DNA from: a virus
Lineage: Duplodnaviria > Caudoviricetes
Strand: one strand, 5' to 3'
Length of the DNA stretch: 63,741 bases
Virus record (IMG/VR): IMGVR_UViG_3300048804_000006
Span: 1 to 63,741 of that record
Part shown: positions 55,866 through 63,614 of the stretch, in pieces
Layout: the number at the start of each line of letters is the position of its first letter
How positions within the stretch are numbered: the first letter of the stretch is position 1
The notes under the pieces: generated by a model
The model's input: the letters and a program-made list of their open reading frames with translations, nothing else
The model's database searches: none
What the model was told of the DNA's origin: nothing
Translations under genes and position numbers: made by a program

Positions 55866-55959
55866 TCTTACACCTCGGACAAATCTTAATTTCTTCTTTT
55901 CGCGGCCACCAAGTATGACCACACCGACAACATTCAATTTTGGGTATTTGATTCTTCAT
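55816..55959 (-). CDS. 47-aa Zn-ribbon mini-protein, leaderless, overlapping the HNH gene
   Basis: MKNQIPKIECCRCGHTWWPRKEEIKICPRCKSAYFNTPKKKKRTGNV; paralog of 62194..62328. Confidence 0.85.
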   Translation of the reverse strand: MKNQIPKIECCRCGHTWWPRKEEIKICPRCKSAYFNTPKKKKRTGNV

Positions 55960-55965
55960 GGCTAT

Positions 55966-55995
55966 GTAAGTATCACCTCGTAAGTAAATTGTCAA
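55966..55995 (-). promoter_or_regulatory. Promoter of Zn-ribbon/HNH cassette 1
   Basis: TTGACA at 55990-55995; GTAAGTA direct repeats at 55966 and 55980; -10 box weak. Confidence 0.6.
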
Positions 55996-57635
55996 GAGTT
56001 ATTTTCATCAAGGAGTTGGTTTGGCTCCCAGGAAATTTGATTTCTGTAATTTTCTGACCAAAGAGATGGTTGCTTCATGTACACTTCGTTGATTTTTTCA
56101 TCCAATAAATAGATAGAACAGTAATCATTTTGAGATCTTACCCCTCTTCCCGATTGTTGTTCCAGACAACACATCATGTCGCTTTTGTACCACAAAGACC
56201 CCAAGGGACCCGACCCATAAAGCCTCGCATTGGTCACTTTATCGGCCAGATTCTTAAAAGGTGCCTTCGCGCAAACCACAAAACGGCACAAATCGTCTGA
56301 AAAATCAAGGCCGCGTTCTGCGCTCGGCGAAACCAAACAGGCATCGTCGGGAAGGTAGGATTTACCCTTATTCGCAAATCCATTTATTACGTCTTGCCTA
56401 TTTTCCGAGGTATGCATTATAAGTCGAGGAGATTGAACCCCGTCAATTATCGCCTGCCCCAGACGGTATGAAACAGTATGAATAAGTCCACGGACTCCGG
56501 GATGCCTGTCAAGGATTTTTTTTACCGCTGAGATAACTTTTGGAACCTCGGTATCCATCCGAGAGGCTGACAATGATGCCACCGGCCACAAGTAGACAGG
56601 GGCTTTCTCGGGATCGAAGGTAGACGGGACATCGTAGATCTTGCTACCCTCTACATCGTCGATGTCGATCCCGAGTTGCTTACACAGGACAGGGAGGGGT
56701 GGGTAGGTTGCACTGAGTAGAGTCCATGAGTCGGAGTGTTTGAAGATGAACTCGTTGGATAGCTCGGGAGTGATCCAGACAGGCTTGAAGATTAATTGGG
56801 CTTGACGGGAACCGACTCGCGGGATCTCCTCCATCTTCCAATCGAGATCGACTGAGGATAGGAAGGTATCGCATTGCTCGGAAATGTGAGTGAAGTGTTT
56901 GGCCTCCCGGATCTTGCGGAGTTTTTGATCGGGATCGGAGTCATCCATCGATTCGATTTCAAATGTGATCTGGTTGGCGAGGTTGGATGAACGGGACTTA
57001 GCCTCCTTACCGAATTCCTTCCATGACGACAGGCCATCGGAGGAGGTAACGGTTTTGCGGGAGGGTCCCTCAGTTAATCCGAGTCGGAATAATGAACGCT
57101 CGGTGAACACGAGAGAGACGTTTTGGATCAGGGTATCACTTAAGCTGTCACTTTCATCAATGACCGAAAACGGCGCACCAGAAAATCTCCCCGCAAATCT
57201 CATTTCTGTGAACGCATACGCGAAGTTGAGAATCTTATATTGCGCGTCGATGGCCTTCTGTTTGGCCTGCTTATATGGGCAGGCTTTCTGGCATGGGCGA
57301 GTCTCGGTCGCCAGGCACTCATCACAGTTCCGGGTGGGATCGGAAGCGCAGGGGTAATTATTGCGGCCCCACATCGATACGGCATTTCCGAAGTCATTCG
57401 TGATCTGCGTTTGTAAAAACTTACTCCCTACCCAGTATGTCAAACTGCCAGCCATTACCCCGCAGACCATCGCGATTAGGGATTTTCCTGAGCCACACGG
57501 GGCGCGGACGATCTTGAACTTCCGGGTGGAGTCCATGATGTAGGAGACTGTTTCAGCTTGGTATTTACGGAACTTCTTATCCATGAAATTGACCAGATGG
57601 GATTTCGCTTCCTCGGGCGTGTAGATTGATTTCAT
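55992..57635 (-). CDS. DinG/XPD-family SF2 helicase with Fe-S Cys cluster
   Basis: Q motif, APCGSGKS, GRNNYPC..CDEC..CPY, IDESD, LSAT, RGLDF, QQSGRGVRS. Confidence 0.9.
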   Translation of the reverse strand: MKSIYTPEEAKSHLVNFMDKKFRKYQAETVSYIMDSTRKFKIVRAPCGSGKSLIAMVCGVMAGSLTYWVGSKFLQTQITNDFGNAVSMWGRNNYPCASDPTRNCDECLATETRPCQKACPYKQAKQKAIDAQYKILNFAYAFTEMRFAGRFSGAPFSVIDESDSLSDTLIQNVSLVFTERSLFRLGLTEGPSRKTVTSSDGLSSWKEFGKEAKSRSSNLANQITFEIESMDDSDPDQKLRKIREAKHFTHISEQCDTFLSSVDLDWKMEEIPRVGSRQAQLIFKPVWITPELSNEFIFKHSDSWTLLSATYPPLPVLCKQLGIDIDDVEGSKIYDVPSTFDPEKAPVYLWPVASLSASRMDTEVPKVISAVKKILDRHPGVRGLIHTVSYRLGQAIIDGVQSPRLIMHTSENRQDVINGFANKGKSYLPDDACLVSPSAERGLDFSDDLCRFVVCAKAPFKNLADKVTNARLYGSGPLGSLWYKSDMMCCLEQQSGRGVRSQNDYCSIYLLDEKINEVYMKQPSLWSENYRNQISWEPNQLLDENNS

Positions 57636-57638
57636 TGT

Positions 57639-58652
57639 CTATGGCCTTTCTGTGGCTAAAATACATCTCATGATTTCCGACGCGACCTGGGGGACGATTG
57701 AGTTCCCGAGGGCTTTGAGTCGGTTAACTCGGTCCAGTTGTCGGAGTAGCCCATCATCCATTCCACGAGAGCAGGTTCTAATCGCAGCGGAGTACCATCC
57801 CTCCTGCCACTGTTCGGAATGACTCGGCCCAATAATCCGTTCTCGGGAACATTCTCTGTGCTGGTCCCGTCCTTGTGATCCCGAGCCGTGGGGGTCGGTA
57901 TCAAATTTGCCTCCGAATATTTCGGCCTCTTTGAACTGTGAAACTTCGCCTGCATCATGTCCTGCATTGTAACCATTGAATCGGTGGGTGTCGGTAGCAT
58001 CTGAATCCGTGCCGCAAGATTCGGGGTGAAGTCCTCCCGGCTCTGCGGGGTGTACTTGTTGGCTCGGGGGGTGGGGAGTAGATTCAGTAAGTTTATCGCT
58101 TCTTCGGGGGTCGGAACTCCCGAGCGAAACCTGTCCGAACGCTCGCTCTGAACTACTCTCGGAGTTCCCAACAATCCAGACTCTATCCCTCCTGTGTGGT
58201 GCGCCAACGGCACAAGCTGGAATAACAAACGCTTGGACTGCGTAACCTTCACCTTCCAGATCAGCAAAACAATGTTCGAGAACCATGCCGTTGTCGATGC
58301 TAATAAGCCCTCCGACATTTTCGCCAATAACGAACTGGGGATGAATCTCTGATATGACTCGTAACATTTCCGGCCAGAGGAAGCGGTCATCTTCCTTGCC
58401 TCGTCGCTTCCCGGCGCAGGAGAATGGCTGGCAGGGAAATCCTCCGGTGAGAATAAATTGACCTGCGTATCTTGTTCCGTCGAACGTCTTGATGTCTTCA
58501 TGAATTGGCACTCCTGGGAAATTCTTACTTAATACCTTTTGGCAGAACTCATCCTTCTCGCAAAACTGGACGGTTTGGATTCCATTCCATCTGGCCGCGA
58601 GAGCGAATCCGCCGATACCGCTGAACAAATCTATGTGAGTTAGTTGTTCCAT
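57639..58652 (-). CDS. DNA (cytosine-5) methyltransferase, alpha-type polypeptide lacking motif IX
   Basis: DLFSGIGG, GGFPCQ, ENV, HRRDRV, RLKALGNSIVP. Confidence 0.93.
   Translation of the reverse strand: MEQLTHIDLFSGIGGFALAARWNGIQTVQFCEKDEFCQKVLSKNFPGVPIHEDIKTFDGTRYAGQFILTGGFPCQPFSCAGKRRGKEDDRFLWPEMLRVISEIHPQFVIGENVGGLISIDNGMVLEHCFADLEGEGYAVQAFVIPACAVGAPHRRDRVWIVGNSESSSERAFGQVSLGSSDPRRSDKLTESTPHPPSQQVHPAEPGGLHPESCGTDSDATDTHRFNGYNAGHDAGEVSQFKEAEIFGGKFDTDPHGSGSQGRDQHRECSRERIIGPSHSEQWQEGWYSAAIRTCSRGMDDGLLRQLDRVNRLKALGNSIVPQVASEIMRCILATERP
57668..58501 (-). CDS. Nested alternative-frame ORF carrying C5-MTase motif IX (beta-type polypeptide)
   Basis: 277-aa ORF fully inside the MTase gene; repeated LPTP motifs; RLEPALVEWMMGYSDNWT. 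Confidence 0.75.
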   Translation of the reverse strand: MKTSRRSTEQDTQVNLFSPEDFPASHSPAPGSDEARKMTASSGRKCYESYQRFIPSSLLAKMSEGLLASTTAWFSNIVLLIWKVKVTQSKRLLFQLVPLAHHTGGIESGLLGTPRVVQSERSDRFRSGVPTPEEAINLLNLLPTPRANKYTPQSREDFTPNLAARIQMLPTPTDSMVTMQDMMQAKFHSSKRPKYSEANLIPTPTARDHKDGTSTENVPENGLLGRVIPNSGRRDGTPLRLEPALVEWMMGYSDNWTELTDSKPSGTQSSPRSRRKS

Positions 58653-58676
58653 GTTCCCTTTCTATGGATTGAAAAA

Positions 58677-58874
58677 CTACTTTACTCTCGGGTGTCGCTT
58701 ATTCCATGCTCTCCATCGGCAGGGATTGGAGCAGAATTTCTTGTTGGATCTCTGCTCCATCTCCCCACCGCATTCGAGACAGTTATTTTGGGGTATCAAT
58801 TTAGCTTGTTTTTTGTCGTCCGGGGTGCCGATGCCTGCAACGGGTGCCTTTTTTGTTTTGTGTCGCTTATTCAT
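58677..58874 (-). CDS. Small Zn-finger protein
   Basis: CLECG....KKFCSNPCR. Confidence 0.65.
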   Translation of the reverse strand: MNKRHKTKKAPVAGIGTPDDKKQAKLIPQNNCLECGGEMEQRSNKKFCSNPCRWRAWNKRHPRVK

Positions 58875-58910
58875 TGTTAATTAGTGTGCCTTTCGACTTT
58901 AGAATTGATT

Positions 58911-59225
58911 TTAAATCTTCTTTTCGGAGTGCAGTTTCCTCATCCGGTCGCCTGCCGCAATTTTCTGCTCCTCAGACATCACCCTGAGCGTTTTATTCCG
59001 ATTCGGATTGTAAGGCATCATGGGATGAAGGGGACAGGCTGATATCATGCAATCAATCTTGTCGTCTCCATAGCCACCCATGCACTCGTAGCAGTTGGCT
59101 TTGATCGCCTCGGTGGATGACAACCGCTCGCCACGCAGATGCCTAAGCAATTCCTTCTTGCCTTTTGCTAGCATCCAGTTCTGTTCCACATCGTCCGCAC
59201 GTTTCAAATCGTCGTTGGTTGACAT
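58911..59225 (-). CDS. Cys-rich phage hypothetical protein
   Basis: AIKANCYEC.G....DC....CPL. Confidence 0.75.
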   Translation of the reverse strand: MSTNDDLKRADDVEQNWMLAKGKKELLRHLRGERLSSTEAIKANCYECMGGYGDDKIDCMISACPLHPMMPYNPNRNKTLRVMSEEQKIAAGDRMRKLHSEKKI

Positions 59226-59264
59226 AATCGTAATCTCCTTTTTTGATTTCAGCCTATCATAGAA

Positions 59265-59573
59265 TTAAATCGTTTGCAAGCGGTTTCTTAATTTATTTTG
59301 TGTGCGCCATTTTTGAATGCTTGAAACCGAACACCCCATCAATCTCGCAATCTCAACCACCCTGAACCCTCTTTCCAGCATTACCTCAATCCGCCCCTTA
59401 TCCACCCCATTTTTCGTCGGCCTTTTACCCACCCCTGTCAGCCTCATCCAACTCCTGATCGTCGGCTCCGTGACCTGGTAACTTTCAGCCAACTCGGGGA
59501 CGGTGAGCTTATTGCCCGAGGTGAGGACGTGGTGGCGGAAATTGGTCGGCATGGTATTGGTGCGGGTCATCAT
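59265..59573 (-). CDS. Tandem HTH DNA-binding protein
   Basis: TVPELAESYQVTEPTIRSW and RVVEIARLMGCSVSSIQKW. Confidence 0.75.
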   Translation of the reverse strand: MMTRTNTMPTNFRHHVLTSGNKLTVPELAESYQVTEPTIRSWMRLTGVGKRPTKNGVDKGRIEVMLERGFRVVEIARLMGCSVSSIQKWRTQNKLRNRLQTI

Positions 59574-59717
59574 AGTCCCCTTCAGTAAGTAACCGTTGCA
59601 GTCAGAACAGCAGCCGCTCCCCAGTAAATCGCACGGCGCACATCACCATCGACCCCATAGACAACCGCAGCGAGGATGTCGAGGACGATTAAAATTGTGG
59701 GGAACAGTTTGGTCATT

Positions 59718-60092
59718 TCAATTCATCCCCTTCTTGCATTTCTCACACTCACCTTTGGCCCCAGCCTCTAACTCCCGGATAGCCTCATCCCAGTTAACCG
59801 CGAAACCGTTGTATTCGATCCCCAAAAACCCGTCCAGCCACGAGGGATCGATCATGTCACCATCACGTTGACCGATGAGGGGGCGGATGAAATCGTCAAA
59901 CACAACCTGTTTCTCAACTAAAGGTGGGGCGGGAAGTCCTGAATCTACCATGATGGCCTCCGGGTACGGCCTGATCACCGCCAAGCAGATTATATCCTGC
60001 CGGGTGATTTCCATTTCATCGGGATCGTAGAAAACCGCTTGCATGGGGATTGCTACCGACTGGATCTGGTGGATCTGATACTCGTTACTCAT
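59718..60092 (-). CDS. Hypothetical protein
   Basis: ORF with AAAGGAG SD. Confidence 0.7.
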   Translation of the reverse strand: MSNEYQIHQIQSVAIPMQAVFYDPDEMEITRQDIICLAVIRPYPEAIMVDSGLPAPPLVEKQVVFDDFIRPLIGQRDGDMIDPSWLDGFLGIEYNGFAVNWDEAIRELEAGAKGECEKCKKGMN

Positions 60093-60166
60093 TTTGATTC
60101 TCCTTTCAGGTTAAACTTCATTTCAAACTCCGATCAAGGTGGAAAGGTTAGGGGGGGGCTACCCGC

Positions 60167-60688
60167 CTAAGTAATTAATGCGTTTACGGATCGAAATTTT
60201 CCATCCCCCGAGGGATAATCAGTGTTATAATTTTCGACAAATTCTGAGGTCTCTGCCATCCGACTTTCGACACTTTTTATCCGCTCCCAAAAGGCGTAAG
60301 AATTATTAATTGCCGAATTAGCCTTGAACTCATTCCATTTATCTTTGCCACCCGGAACAAAGTTTCCATTTATATCGAAATATTTATTTGGGTCTATTCT
60401 TATTTGACATTCCCTGCTGAAGGTTTTCATTTTTCTGATGTTTGGCTTTCTACATTTTATGTTGTGCTTTGGATTTTCAATTTGGATTGCTGTCGACTCA
60501 GCTTCCAATGCTTTCCTGCGAGAAGGGAATTCTTCTATCGTAACGTAAGTGATTTCTCTTGCCCACACTGACCGATCATAATGCTGCTTTAAGCGGTGAA
60601 TCGCGGAAAGAGAAATCCCAACATAAAGTAGATTCTTCTCCTTGTCGAAATGTCGGTAAAGGAAGCATTCATTTTCCGTGGGATTCAC
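60167..60688 (-). CDS. GIY-YIG nuclease-family protein
   Basis: FLYRHF...LLYVGIS....RL.QH, ALEAE..AI..ENPKHN. Confidence 0.85.
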   Translation of the reverse strand: MNPTENECFLYRHFDKEKNLLYVGISLSAIHRLKQHYDRSVWAREITYVTIEEFPSRRKALEAESTAIQIENPKHNIKCRKPNIRKMKTFSRECQIRIDPNKYFDINGNFVPGGKDKWNEFKANSAINNSYAFWERIKSVESRMAETSEFVENYNTDYPSGDGKFRSVNALIT

Positions 60689-60744
60689 TTCAAACCTCCT
60701 ATAAAGATATGTATACAGTTGTAAGGCGAGCCATTTTTTTTCTT

Positions 60745-60856
60745 AACCTCGCAACCGTACCACCACCTAACCTTATAACTTGACAACCTAATAACCTTAC
60801 AACCTGATAACCTAACAACCACGCAACCTCACAACCGGACAACCTCGCAACCACTT
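60745..60856. repeat. 14 tandem 8-bp units AACC-NNNN
   Basis: aacctcgc aaccgtac caccacct aaccttat aacttgac aacctaat aaccttac aacctgat aacctaac aaccacgc aacctcac aaccggac aacctcgc aaccactt. Confidence 0.92.
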
Positions 60857-60859
60857 TCG

Positions 60860-61465
60860 CTACAAGTTCCTAATCTTTCTCTCTTTTTCTATCTCAAACA
60901 CGAACGAGTTGGCATTCTTGGGTTGGAAGAATTTCGCCTCTAAGTATTCCTTAACCCCCTCGTCTGGATAATCAGCCTCGGCAATTTTGATTAAATTGAC
61001 CATTTGGTCCTCTGCCCACGCTTCATTGTGACCGGCGATATTTTTCTTTCCAACCTCTTTTAACCGCTCAATCCGATCTTCGACCATTTCGATATGAGCT
61101 AAAATTGCGAGCTGTTTATCGACATAAGCAAGCTCCAAATAGGTGGCATCGGCCTTGAATTTTATCTGCCCTTTTCGCCTCACAAGGATCTCATAATCGA
61201 TCTGGATTCCTTTGCGGAGAGCATCACGGAGAACGTCAGAAACGGTCTGAAAATAGATGGAGGATTCGTTGATCATCTCCGCTAAGCGGAGCTCCTTTGC
61301 TTCAATAGTTATTGACCTATTTGAGGTCTGCCCACCCTTGGGGATCTTCCCGGTAAAGAACATTCTGTCGATGTAATCCTGCCAAGGGATGTCGGTAAAT
61401 ACGGCACAGAAATCTTTCGTATCCGGCATCGTTCCCTTCCCGTCCGCTTGTGGCTTTCTTCTCAT
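60860..61465 (-). CDS. Hypothetical protein with internal RHH-like segment
   Basis: RSITIEAKELRLAEMINES...TVSDVLRDALRKG. Confidence 0.7.
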   Translation of the reverse strand: MRRKPQADGKGTMPDTKDFCAVFTDIPWQDYIDRMFFTGKIPKGGQTSNRSITIEAKELRLAEMINESSIYFQTVSDVLRDALRKGIQIDYEILVRRKGQIKFKADATYLELAYVDKQLAILAHIEMVEDRIERLKEVGKKNIAGHNEAWAEDQMVNLIKIAEADYPDEGVKEYLEAKFFQPKNANSFVFEIEKERKIRNL

Positions 61466-61578
61466 CTCATCTCCTTCGCAGAACGCAAAAAGCCACCATA
61501 GGATGCGATGGTAAAGGATAGGCCCCTACCTCCCATGATGGCTAATTGCGTCTGCTTTTTAATGGATTTTGTGTTCAT
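61462..61578 (-). CDS. 38-aa leader peptide coupled (ATGA) to 60860..61465
   Basis: MNTKSIKKQTQLAIMGGRGLSFTIASYGGFLRSAKEMR; its stop overlaps the downstream start. Confidence 0.5.
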   Translation of the reverse strand: MNTKSIKKQTQLAIMGGRGLSFTIASYGGFLRSAKEMR

Positions 61579-61637
61579 TACCTATTCCTTGTTTACCATC
61601 GCAGCCCCACCCTACGCCAACGCAATCCAAAAGTCAA
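61478..61637 (-). promoter_or_regulatory. Promoter plus structured 5' leader with alternative pairings
   Basis: TTGACT-17 bp-TAGGGT; stem 61478-61503/61531-61555 whose loop (61504-61522) complements 61581-61603. Confidence 0.65.
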
Positions 61638-61640
61638 GAA

Positions 61641-62285
61641 TTATTTGATTAAATTGCGAGAAATCTTCTCTCTTTTTGATTTATAATATTTATTTTGGCA
61701 ACTCCGATGATAAGCGTGATGTTGGACTAAGATAACATCGGAAATTGGAGAATAGTTTTTACAATAACTACATTTTCGCCATGATGCATGACCACAAGCC
61801 TCATATGCTCTCATTCGCTGATGGAGAAGTTGGTGATAACTATTATCTTGGCAAATTACAAGATTTGAATTTTCGTTACTTGCTTTTTGTTTATTAGAAT
61901 GATGGATTACCACTCCATTGGGAAGCTGTTTACCTAAAACACGTTCTGCAATTAAAACATGTTCATAAACATATCCCTTGCAAGATCTTGGATGTTCTGG
62001 ATTCATTACAAGCATATATCCACTTTTATCTAATCTTGTTCCACCCTTCCATCTATTAGTGTCGCTACCGAATTTATTCTTTCGGGAATGGCCGGGAAGC
62101 CATGAAGGATATTCGCCCTTCCATATTCCGCTTTTAGGATAATTTCTTTTATATATATTTGTTTTTTCTCCACACCTGCAATGACACAATCCATTAGTTA
62201 TTTCGTTTTCTTTTTTCTCTGTCAAAGTAATAGGATTTGCATTTTGGGCATCTCCTGACATCGGGAATTCTTGGGAGCCATTCAT
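61641..62285 (-). CDS. Free-standing HNH endonuclease (HNH_3-like)
   Basis: LCHCRCG, WKGG, GYVYEH..IAE..LGK.L....IHH.N...N...NL..C; probable ATG at 62285 with GAGGTG SD. Confidence 0.9.
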   Translation of the reverse strand: MNGSQEFPMSGDAQNANPITLTEKKENEITNGLCHCRCGEKTNIYKRNYPKSGIWKGEYPSWLPGHSRKNKFGSDTNRWKGGTRLDKSGYMLVMNPEHPRSCKGYVYEHVLIAERVLGKQLPNGVVIHHSNKQKASNENSNLVICQDNSYHQLLHQRMRAYEACGHASWRKCSYCKNYSPISDVILVQHHAYHRSCQNKYYKSKREKISRNLIK

Positions 62286-62328
62286 AATCACACCTCTTGC
62301 ATTTGATTTTTTTGACATCTGTTTTCAT
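62194..62328 (-). CDS. 44-aa Zn-ribbon mini-protein, leaderless, overlapping the HNH gene
   Basis: MKTDVKKIKCKRCDYEWLPRIPDVRRCPKCKSYYFDREKRKRNN; paralog of 55816..55959. Confidence 0.85.
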   Translation of the reverse strand: MKTDVKKIKCKRCDYEWLPRIPDVRRCPKCKSYYFDREKRKRNN

Positions 62329-62335
62329 GGCTAAC

Positions 62336-62364
62336 AATGTACCCCCTTAAAGTAAGTTTGTCAA
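62336..62364 (-). promoter_or_regulatory. Promoter of Zn-ribbon/HNH cassette 2
   Basis: TTGACA-17 bp-TACATT; GTAAGT at 62352-62357. Confidence 0.7.
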
Positions 62365-62367
62365 GCG

Positions 62368-62559
62368 TTATCTTCCCCCTCTTGCAAAATAATTCTTCTG
62401 TTCATCACTCGGCCCATCGTCTTCAATGTAACCCGGATGCCTCCTGACCCGCTTGAATTGATGCTGCTTGATTACTCTTACCACATTTACATTACACTCC
62501 GGGCATAGGCATTTGTGGGAGAATAAATCGGAACATTGGGGGCATTGGTATTCAAGCAT
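62368..62559 (-). CDS. Small Zn-ribbon protein
   Basis: YQCPQC...CPEC; AAGGAG SD. Confidence 0.7.
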   Translation of the reverse strand: MLEYQCPQCSDLFSHKCLCPECNVNVVRVIKQHQFKRVRRHPGYIEDDGPSDEQKNYFARGGR

Positions 62560-62663
62560 TAGGGGACTCCTTCTCTAACCATTCCACCGCAGTCTTGACC
62601 AAGAGGCCGGTGGTGTCGAGGACGCAGTTAATCGGAATCAACGTCATATCTCCAACCAGCGGA

Positions 62664-62828
62664 TCAGCAGGAGGGTGCGATAATCTTATTTAATTCCGTA
62701 TTCGTTGCTTCTTTTATCTCAGCACAGTATTTGCAGGCAAGCAGAATTGGAGATACTTTACTATTGTAAATAGTCCATTCGTGCTTGCATAGTTCAGCGA
62801 AGCGGCGGTTAAGCTCTTGGTTAGTCAT
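62664..62828 (-). CDS. Hypothetical protein
   Basis: Probable start MTNQEL; CKHEW...CKYC. Confidence 0.55.
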   Translation of the reverse strand: MTNQELNRRFAELCKHEWTIYNSKVSPILLACKYCAEIKEATNTELNKIIAPSC

Positions 62829-62931
62829 GAAGCCTCCTTCCATTCTGTTCCGCAAATATGGCACCTGTGCCAAAAACCGAAGCACCAGTTAATAAATGGA
62901 GATGTTCCACACTTAGGACACTTCACGTCAC

Positions 62932-63614
62932 TCATTTTCCCTCCTCCTCTTGCTTGAGGCAAGCTTTAATCGTCCAGTCCTGTAAAAATAGTTGCTTGTC
63001 CGCTTCTCTTGACCATTCCCAGAACTCTTTGTACCTCTCAATCTTCTCCGCTTGCCGGGTGTTGTCGCCGGTAAGATTCTCAATTGTTTGCTCTCGCGCC
63101 GATTCATAGCCATGAGTAGAATCGTGATACATTTTCAAGCTATCTCTCTCGGCCTTCAACATGGCGATCTGTTCACGCTGTTCATGCATCGTATCTCGCA
63201 AATCACACAAGGGACAGAATATCCCGACTCCCTCTCCACCATCCACTAACTCGGCGTTGCAGACAGTTCCGTCGCCTATGTCATTGTTACAACGGGAACT
63301 TTTCAGTACGGCGATCTGCTTGTCTCGTGCATCTCTTACTTTGGCAAGTTGCTTAATATGTTCATCCTTCTCCTTCATCGCCTGCTCGTGATCGGCCTTC
63401 AACATGGCGATCTGTTCATCCTTTTTATCCACCATGTGCGCAAATTCTCTATTGAACTGAACATGGTCATATTGTGATTTCTCTCGGAGTTCCTTCGTTG
63501 CCCGCTCGTGGGTTACGATTTGTCTATCCCTTTCTTCGCAGTTTGACTGCCATGCCCGGGAGGATTTTCGGTATTTCTCGCTCTCGGCTTCCATCACCAG
63601 TTCCTTTTCCACGC
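62932..63614 (-). CDS. 3' part of the junction-spanning coiled-coil protein
   Basis: In frame with 1..373; EQIAxLK repeats and a Cys-rich insert. Confidence 0.85.

Noticed and set aside
60745-60856. TIGR-like or CRISPR-like guide array
   Set aside because: An 8-bp period with only 4 variable bases is too short for guides, and no Nop-domain or Cas effector was recognised
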